A DNA stretch of 64,000 nucleotides, taken from positions 21,749-85,748 of the forward strand of contig JAZQCG010000007.1 of NCBI GenBank assembly GCA_045546155.1. Direction: 5' to 3'. Of this stretch, positions 57,797 through 64,000 are shown one piece after another; within the stretch, counting starts at the first letter, position 1; each line of letters opens with the position of its first letter. The translations under genes and the position numbers were made by a program. This DNA is from Candidatus Enterousia sp. GTDB taxonomy: Bacteria; Pseudomonadota; Alphaproteobacteria; Rs-D84. The notes under the pieces are model-generated. The model did no database searches. It worked only from the letters and a program-made list of their open reading frames with translations, and was not told the DNA's origin.

Positions 57797-58207
57797 ATGA
57801 ATCTAAGACTGATAAAAAATCCAGACGAAACGAAAAAGTTATCATATCAAATTGCGCGTGTTGTTTATGCTGAAACATCTGCATCTTCACTGTCCGCGGT
57901 CGAAGCACTGGTATCAATGATTAATAATGCATCGCGTGCCACCGGGAAAAGTATCGCACAGATAATATCTGATACCGATATGTTTGAATCATTAAATAAA
58001 ACTTCTGTTCGTCACGGTATGTTGTCTGTCCCCCCGACCAGTCGTGGTTTTCAAATGTGTCTGCGTGTTGTTGGGCGCATGCTTTCAGGCGGTTTGTCGG
58101 ATATGTGTCGTGGGGCGACCCGTTTTCATCATGGTGATACGATACCAGATTGGGCGCGCGCACGCGGGTATATATTGGACGTTGATGAATTACTATTTTA
58201 TTTGTGA
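57797..58207 (+). CDS. cell-wall hydrolase (SleB/Hydrolase_2-like), endolysin candidate
   Basis: The internal ATG at 57797 follows a G-rich RBS. IARVVYAETSAS...EALVSMINN follows the ARviyaEa...A.a.vi.NR pattern. Confidence 0.5.
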   Translation: MNLRLIKNPDETKKLSYQIARVVYAETSASSLSAVEALVSMINNASRATGKSIAQIISDTDMFESLNKTSVRHGMLSVPPTSRGFQMCLRVVGRMLSGGLSDMCRGATRFHHGDTIPDWARARGYILDVDELLFYL

Positions 58208-58221
58208 TGGGATAAATAAAA

Positions 58222-58410
58222 ATGAACAAGGTTTTTAAGGGCGGATTCTTGAACGGATACCGCACCTATATTACGGCATCGGTTGGCATATTATCTGCAA
58301 TTGCGGCATACCTGGTTGGCGACACAGATATATTTATAACACTGCAAAGTATTTTTACATTGGCGGGAATTTTCTTTCTGCGTAAATCAAATGAACCAAA
58401 GGAAAAATAA
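58222..58410 (+). CDS. two-TM small membrane protein, holin candidate
   Basis: 62 aa with two hydrophobic helices and a charged C-terminus, lying next to the hydrolase. Confidence 0.45.
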   Translation: MNKVFKGGFLNGYRTYITASVGILSAIAAYLVGDTDIFITLQSIFTLAGIFFLRKSNEPKEK

Positions 58411-58411
58411 A

Positions 58412-59068
58412 ATGGATAAGATTCCAGAAAAATTTTTAAACCAAGATGGAACACTAAATGCAGAGGCATTGATTAAATCGTATTCAGAATTGGAAAAAAA
58501 GATTGGCACAATGATAACTGTTCCAACAGATGACAGTGATGAAAATGTGCGTGCACGATTTAATCGTGCAATTGGTGTACCCGAATCATCAGATGAATAT
58601 CCAACAAATGAATTGTTTGATGATGAAAATTTAAAAAATAAATTTCATGAAATCGGATTAACAATGAGCCAGGTTGAAAAAATTTATTCAATCGCAAATG
58701 AATTTCTTGCACCGGTAATCTCTGATTTATATGCAACGCAAAATGAAAAAAATGCATTTGCAGAATTAAAAAACTTTTTTGGTGGCACTGAAAAAATGTC
58801 AGAAGCTCTTCGCGCAATTGATGCGTTTGGAAAACAGTTTTTACCCGCCGATGCATTTGATGAGTTGTGTTCCACACCCCAGGGAATCCAAGGCATATAT
58901 CGAATGATGCAATCCATAGAACCAAATGTCGAAACAGAAAAAAATGAAATAAAAAATTTAACAGATTCTGATTTGCGACGTATGATGCGTGATCCAAAAT
59001 ATTGGCGCGATGGTGATGTTGAATACATCCGTAAAATAGAAAATGGATTTAAAAAATTATATTCATAA
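58412..59068 (+). CDS. phage capsid scaffolding protein candidate
   Basis: MDKIPEKFLNQDGTLNAEALIKSYSELEKKIG is a common N-terminus of podovirus scaffold proteins. The protein is helical and acidic and sits upstream of the capsid gene. Confidence 0.5.
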   Translation: MDKIPEKFLNQDGTLNAEALIKSYSELEKKIGTMITVPTDDSDENVRARFNRAIGVPESSDEYPTNELFDDENLKNKFHEIGLTMSQVEKIYSIANEFLAPVISDLYATQNEKNAFAELKNFFGGTEKMSEALRAIDAFGKQFLPADAFDELCSTPQGIQGIYRMMQSIEPNVETEKNEIKNLTDSDLRRMMRDPKYWRDGDVEYIRKIENGFKKLYS

Positions 59069-59176
59069 GAAAAAATCTCACTTTCTTCTTTACTATTTTT
59101 TGATATTCATATAAAATATAAAGTAAGAACAAAACATATTTGTTCTATCCAAAAAATAGAAGAGAAGGAGAGAAAT

Positions 59177-59647
59177 ATGGTCTTTGGCCTGTTCAAAAAA
59201 TCTGCTAAGAAAGCAGTTGTAAAACCAGCCGCAAAACCGGTTGCAAAAAAGCCAGCTGCTAAACCAGCTGCAAAAAAAGTTGCTGCAAAAAAGCCAGCTG
59301 CGAAACCAGTTGCAAAAAAAGCACCTGCGAAAAAAGTAGCTGCAAAACCAGCTGCAAAAAAAGCACCTGCGAAAAAAGTAGCCGCTAAACCAGCTGCAAA
59401 AAAAGTAGCAGTTAAAAAAGTAGCCGCAAAACCAGTTGCAAAAAAAGCACCTGCGAAAAAAGTAGCTGCGAAACCAGTTGCAAAAAAAGCACCTGCGAAA
59501 AAAGTAGCTGCAAAACCAGCTGCAAAAAAAGCACCTGCGAAAAAAGTAGCTGCAAAACCAGCTGCAAAAAAAGTAGCTGTTAAAAAAGTAGCTGCAAAAC
59601 CATGCGCAAAAAAAGCATGTGCAAAAAAATGTGCAAAAAAGAAATAA
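59177..59647 (+). CDS. Lys/Ala/Pro-repeat histone H1-like basic protein with Cys-containing C-terminus
   Basis: 156 aa of (AAKPxAKKxPAKKV)n encoded by 42-nt tandem repeats, ending PCAKKACAKKCAKKK. Has its own RBS and downstream terminators. Confidence 0.6.
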   Translation: MVFGLFKKSAKKAVVKPAAKPVAKKPAAKPAAKKVAAKKPAAKPVAKKAPAKKVAAKPAAKKAPAKKVAAKPAAKKVAVKKVAAKPVAKKAPAKKVAAKPVAKKAPAKKVAAKPAAKKAPAKKVAAKPAAKKVAVKKVAAKPCAKKACAKKCAKKK

Positions 59648-59670
59648 TATAATTTCTTGATTCTATTTAC

Positions 59671-59745
59671 CCGGACGTTTGTTCGGGTTTTTTTTAAAAA
59701 ATTTCAGTCAGATGAATTATTAGTCTGACTGAATTTTTTATTGCG
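59671..59745 (+). terminator. two consecutive intrinsic terminators
   Basis: CCCGGAC-GTTT-GTTCGGG plus T8, then TTCAGTCAGA-9 nt-TCTGACTGAA flanked by A6/T6 (bidirectional). Confidence 0.75.
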
Positions 59746-59862
59746 GACAAGTCTTGCCACCCCGCATTTATTTTATGTTCACGGCGCAATATTGCATAAC
59801 CGCTGCATAAAATTATCGCGCAAATCGCGCTTTTTTCATTTAACCAAACAAAGGAAATAAAT

Positions 59863-60684
59863 ATGTCCGTTTCAATTGACCAGGTCTTCGTAAAACAATT
59901 CGAAGCCGATGTTCATTTGGCCTATCAACAGATGGGCACAAAACTGCGTTCAACTGTTCGCAGCAAATCAGGTGTTGTTGGTGCATCAACGACTTTCCAG
60001 AAGGTTGGTCGTGGCACAGCCAGCACAAAATCACGTCATGGTATTGTACCTGTGATGAATTTGAATCATGAACCTGTCGAATGTATGTTAACTGATTACT
60101 ATGCTGGTGATTGGGTTGATGCATTGGATGAATTAAAAGTCAATATTGACGAACGTCGTGTTGTTGCGTCTGCGGGTGCATACGCATTGGGGCGCAAAAC
60201 AGACGAATTAATTATTGATGCAATGAACACGTCTACATTATCGGTTGGTGATTATACAACAGGCTTGACCAAAGATTTGATTTTATCTGCTGTCGAAGTT
60301 TTAAATACCAACGATGTTCCCGATGATGGCCGTCGCTTTGCGGTGATTGGCGTACACCAGTGGAACGAACTGTTGGCGATGGATGAATTTGTATCCGCCG
60401 ATTATGTTGGTGATGCAAATCCATTGGTAAATGGTTTCGAAGCAAAAAAATGGTTGGGTATCACATGGGTGTTGCACAACGCATTGCCTGTATCTGAATC
60501 AAATCGTGATTGCTTTATCTATCATGCGTCCAGCATTGGTCATGCATGTGGTCAAGAAGTTAAAACAGATATTTCTTGGCATGGTGAACGTGCTGCGCAC
60601 TTTATTAGCAACAGCATGTCCCAAGGCGCAGTCTTGATTGATAATGATGGTATCGTACGTGTCAAATGTTCTGATGCACAGTAA
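59863..60684 (+). CDS. phage major capsid protein candidate
   Basis: 273 aa with RBS AAAGGAAA. Its N-terminus FVKQFEADVHLAYQQMGTKLRSTVR and its position between the scaffold and tail tubular genes support the call. Confidence 0.6.
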   Translation: MSVSIDQVFVKQFEADVHLAYQQMGTKLRSTVRSKSGVVGASTTFQKVGRGTASTKSRHGIVPVMNLNHEPVECMLTDYYAGDWVDALDELKVNIDERRVVASAGAYALGRKTDELIIDAMNTSTLSVGDYTTGLTKDLILSAVEVLNTNDVPDDGRRFAVIGVHQWNELLAMDEFVSADYVGDANPLVNGFEAKKWLGITWVLHNALPVSESNRDCFIYHASSIGHACGQEVKTDISWHGERAAHFISNSMSQGAVLIDNDGIVRVKCSDAQ

Positions 60685-60713
60685 ACAAATTTTATAACCA
60701 AAGGATAATTCTT

Positions 60714-60947
60714 ATGGCATTTCAAAATAAAAATCTGTCGGTTATTGCATATGCAAATGGTTTTACATTGTGGCACTATGCATCTGCAACAGAAACCATT
60801 GCGACGATTTCTGCAACTGGATATTTCAACGATGTAAAAACATTGATGAATATTGGCGATGTTGTAATTATCAACGCATCTGATAACACTGCGATTAAGA
60901 AAATAAACATCACAGCCAGCAACGTCACAACCGGTGCATTGGCATAA
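60714..60947 (+). CDS. hypothetical phage protein (77 aa)
   Basis: Follows the capsid gene. No recognisable motif. Confidence 0.4.
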   Translation: MAFQNKNLSVIAYANGFTLWHYASATETIATISATGYFNDVKTLMNIGDVVIINASDNTAIKKINITASNVTTGALA

Positions 60948-61019
60948 TTATTTATTATTGTCGAACGGTGGCGCAATTTGCGTCACCGATATTTTTATTA
61001 AAAAACAGTGGGGGCACTT

Positions 61020-61538
61020 ATGCTTACAAAAATAGATTTATGTTCAATGGCATTATTAAAATTTGGGGAAAAGCCTATTCAGTCGCTTAGTGATGATACT
61101 GCGGCCGCGCAATTGGCGCGAACATTGTTTGAACCGGTCACAGATGCCTTGATTGCATCACATCCATGGCGTTTTGCAACACGCCAGTTGCGTTTAACGC
61201 GTAACTCAGATGGGGACTTTTTAATACCATCTGATGTCCTGCGTGTATTGAAATCATGTGGTGATATTATTGGTAATAAAATTGTTGCGCCAACTGACAC
61301 TATAACAATAACAGCCTGTGTACGTGTTGGGGTCGAAACTTTCCCAGGATATTTTGCATCATTGTTGGCAACAAAACTGGCGATGGAATTTTGTATCCCA
61401 TTGTCGGGCGATCAAACCGTGTTCAGAATGCTGGTTGCGCTTTATGAATCTGAATTACAATCTGCAAAATTTATCGACAGTACCACTGCCGCTGGTGCAA
61501 AAATAGACAATTTTTCTTTGATTGATGCGCGATTTTAA
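61020..61538 (+). CDS. podovirus tail tubular protein A / adaptor-like candidate
   Basis: IDLCSMALLKFGEKPIQSLSDDTAAA...SHPWRFA matches the in.aL..iGe.pi.sl.d pattern, and the gene is in the gp11-like position. Confidence 0.5.
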   Translation: MLTKIDLCSMALLKFGEKPIQSLSDDTAAAQLARTLFEPVTDALIASHPWRFATRQLRLTRNSDGDFLIPSDVLRVLKSCGDIIGNKIVAPTDTITITACVRVGVETFPGYFASLLATKLAMEFCIPLSGDQTVFRMLVALYESELQSAKFIDSTTAAGAKIDNFSLIDARF

Positions 61539-61549
61539 AGGGGGACAAA

Positions 61550-63265
61550 ATGGCAAATTTTATTAAAACACAAAACTCATTTGCCCATGGCGCTGTTGCA
61601 CCTGAATTTTTTGCACACGATGATATTAATGGCGTGTCCAGACTTGAAAATATGGATGTTTTGCCGGGTGGTGGATTAACGCGCCGTCGCGGTCTGGTGC
61701 ATGTTGCAGCACTTTCAACTAATGCGCGTTTAGTTCCATTTTCTGTATCTGAAACGGAAAATTATTTACTGGCGATAACGCCGGGGCATGTAATTGTTTA
61801 TCTGGGAACAACGGTAAAGGCTGATTTATTCGCGCCATGGACTTCTGATGATTTGTCGCGTCTGCAATACGCCCAGCGTTTTGATACGATTATATTTGTG
61901 CATCCTGATTATCAGCCCCAGATTTTACAGAAAACAAAAAATGGTTTCGAGCTTGTCGATTTTATCTTTGCGCGTAATGACACAGATATGTCGATGAATA
62001 TCCCGTTTATGCGATTTGAAGACAGCAATGATATAAAAATATCTGTTACAACCAGTGATCGTGGCAATAACTATGCTAAGTTTACCACAAATACAGATTT
62101 CTGGTCGCCGGAATATGTCGGAACGCGCTTTTTATTATCGGATAAACAGTGGGTAATTGACGAATTCATTAATTCGACCCAGGTCATCGCATACATCAAT
62201 GGCACATACAGTGTGCCAAGCAACCCTGTATCAGATTGGTATGAAGCCGCATTTAGCAATGTGCGTGGCTGGCCATGCAGTATCACATTTCACCAAGACA
62301 GACTTGTCTTTGGTGGTGCGCGTTCATATCCAGCTGGGGTTTGGATGTCATGCGTTGGGCAACATAAAAACTTTAATGTGGGAACAGGTCTAGATGACGA
62401 AGCGATTTTCATAACCTTGCTTTCCCAGCAACGCCAACAAATCTGTACCGTGGTCAGTGGCGATAATCTGCAAATTTTGACATCTGATGGCGAATGGGCG
62501 ATTTCCAGTAAACCTTTGACCCCGTCGATGGTCGATATTAAACAACATACATCTGTTGGTTGTTGCGCAACACGATATTTACCACCGCAAAAGATAGAAG
62601 GTGCAACCGTATTCGTGTCTAAAACAATGCGTGATATTCGCGAACTGTCACTGGACGATTTGGGGCAAAATTATAACGCAACAGATTTGTGTGCGTTTGC
62701 AAAACATTTGATGACGGGGCCAATTGATATGGCGTATAACGATGCAACAAAACAATTGTTTGTTGTTCAATCAGACGGCAATATGGCGGTTTTAAATCAA
62801 AACAGCGCATTGGGAATATCCGCCTGGGCAGAATACAAAACATATGGTCAATTTATGTCTGTGGCGGTTGTTGATGGCATGACCTATGTCGTAACAAAGC
62901 GCGACACAGTATATAATATCGAATGTTTTTCAGATTCCGCGATGACAGATGCAGATTTATATGATTTCGCATTTTGTGCAGAATCTCTGCCGTTTCGGGT
63001 GTCGCATCATAATGTGTCACAGCTGCGAATACGAAAATTGTCTGTTCGTCTTTTAAATACCAAATCAGTCTTTGTTAATGGGGTGCGTGCGCCATTGCCT
63101 AATGATATTTATTCAGACAATCATCCCGGCTTTTCAGGGGATATTTCTGTGAATTTATTAGGCCAGATGAAAACATGCCTAGCACCGTATTGGACAATAC
63201 ATGGCAACGAACCACAACCAATCACAATTTTATCGGTATCTGTTTCCGGCGGATACAGTATTTAA
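61550..63265 (+). CDS. podovirus tail tubular protein B-like candidate
   Basis: 571 aa. The N-terminus QNSFAHGAVAPEFFAHDDINGVSRLENMDVLPGGGLTRRRG and the gene order support the call. Confidence 0.5.
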   Translation: MANFIKTQNSFAHGAVAPEFFAHDDINGVSRLENMDVLPGGGLTRRRGLVHVAALSTNARLVPFSVSETENYLLAITPGHVIVYLGTTVKADLFAPWTSDDLSRLQYAQRFDTIIFVHPDYQPQILQKTKNGFELVDFIFARNDTDMSMNIPFMRFEDSNDIKISVTTSDRGNNYAKFTTNTDFWSPEYVGTRFLLSDKQWVIDEFINSTQVIAYINGTYSVPSNPVSDWYEAAFSNVRGWPCSITFHQDRLVFGGARSYPAGVWMSCVGQHKNFNVGTGLDDEAIFITLLSQQRQQICTVVSGDNLQILTSDGEWAISSKPLTPSMVDIKQHTSVGCCATRYLPPQKIEGATVFVSKTMRDIRELSLDDLGQNYNATDLCAFAKHLMTGPIDMAYNDATKQLFVVQSDGNMAVLNQNSALGISAWAEYKTYGQFMSVAVVDGMTYVVTKRDTVYNIECFSDSAMTDADLYDFAFCAESLPFRVSHHNVSQLRIRKLSVRLLNTKSVFVNGVRAPLPNDIYSDNHPGFSGDISVNLLGQMKTCLAPYWTIHGNEPQPITILSVSVSGGYSI

Positions 63266-63290
63266 TTAATTAAACACAAAGGAATTAACT

Positions 63291-63638
63291 ATGGGACAAC
63301 TTGTATCAGATGTTAGTGAAATTTTGGACTACCAAGATGAAAAAAAACAGGCGAAAAATGCTCGTCAAGAAATTCTAAAGCAAATGGCCGCAGACGAGGC
63401 CGAAAAAACAAACCTGGTCAAAAAAGCATTGGCGACCCAGCGCGCTAAATACGGGGCATCGGGGGTGTCTGCGCGTGGCTTAAGCCAGGGCGCAGTTCTG
63501 GCGCGGCTAAAATCAGAAACTGAAAAACCATACACAGAAAAACGCAATGCCAACTTAAAAAAACTAAAATCAGCCAAGGCAAAAAAACCGAATTTGTTAA
63601 AAACAATTCTTAGCCGTTTTGATGATTTGGTTGGGTAA
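63291..63638 (+). CDS. hypothetical basic coiled-coil phage protein (115 aa)
   Basis: Lies between the tubular B-like gene and the tail-fibre gene. Confidence 0.4.
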   Translation: MGQLVSDVSEILDYQDEKKQAKNARQEILKQMAADEAEKTNLVKKALATQRAKYGASGVSARGLSQGAVLARLKSETEKPYTEKRNANLKKLKSAKAKKPNLLKTILSRFDDLVG

Positions 63639-63654
63639 AGAATAGGGGGATATT

Positions 63655-64000
63655 ATGCATAAAATATCTTATATCTCAGATGGTATAACAACCGAATTTG
63701 AATTTGCATTTCCATTTTTCCAGGCAGCGGATATTCATGTCGCGATAAATGAAAGTGTTTTAGCCCCAGATAACTATTCAGTTGTTGAAAATGCAACGTT
63801 TGATGGTGGCCGCATTGTTTTTAATGAAGCACCGGTTCAAGATTCGCGCATTGATATTTATCGAATAGTTGCACTGTCGCGCGTTATAGATTATCAGCCA
63901 ACCGCAAAAATAGACCCAGAACACCTGAATTCAGATTTTAATTTTTTGATTGAAGCCCTCAAAGACCTGCATGCGCCTGATGTTGACATCGAAGCGTGGC
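63655..64000 (+). CDS. tail fibre protein, T7 gp17 N-terminal-domain-like (3' end outside window)
   Basis: Not in the ORF track because no stop lies in the window. YISDGITTEFEFAFPFF...IHVAIN...DNYSV...IDIYRIV...IDYQP...HLNSDFNFLIEALKDL parallels the T7 tail-fibre N-domain. Confidence 0.6.
   Translation, partial: MHKISYISDGITTEFEFAFPFFQAADIHVAINESVLAPDNYSVVENATFDGGRIVFNEAPVQDSRIDIYRIVALSRVIDYQPTAKIDPEHLNSDFNFLIEALKDLHAPDVDIEAW

Overview
AT-rich chromosomal segment of a Gram-negative, probably alphaproteobacterial genome. The lineage call rests on lpxI, a DUF4164/ZauP-like gene next to zapA, lptE-holA, a lone virB11-like ATPase and OmpA-like beta-barrel proteins. Housekeeping genes (tatD-family, tcdA, rpmG, ligA, fabI, lptE, holA, map, radC, zapA, parC, lpxI, birA; tRNA-Leu, tRNA-Glu, tRNA-Asp) are interleaved with accessory blocks. 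(1) 1-15.3 kb is a polysaccharide/LPS-type cluster: an HprK-related kinase plus PqqD-like pair, GT2/GT8/GT56 transferases, DUF1796, WbqC, a NeuD-type acyltransferase, KAS III, ACP, an AsnB-like enzyme lacking the Cys nucleophile, and a DegT-type aminotransferase. (2) 15.3-16.1 kb holds an orphan phage tail-fibre-like gene. (3) 20.5-24.2 kb is a 1208-aa membrane protein with a PDPE tandem repeat. (4) There are two Cys-rich exported proteins. (5) Hypothetical and J-domain proteins sit behind near-identical promoters. (6) 44.4-47.6 kb holds degenerate islets nested at tRNA-Glu, marked by three copies of the tRNA 3' end. They carry a MuF-domain polymorphic toxin with a Tlde1/DUF2778-like tip, four paralogous membrane immunity candidates and an orphan toxin tip. 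(7) About 55.8-56.0 kb is a candidate sRNA with CU-rich loops. (8) 57.6-64 kb is a podovirus (T7-like order) lysis and virion module. The most interesting pattern is that three dispersed phage-derived loci (tail-fibre-like gene, MuF toxin, lysis/virion module) each sit behind a near-consensus extended -10 promoter followed by two tandem intrinsic terminators in the leader. This suggests a shared antitermination-controlled, possibly domesticated phage-derived system. No integrase, transposase or CRISPR array was seen. All calls come from reading the ORF translations and the DNA by eye; no searches were run.
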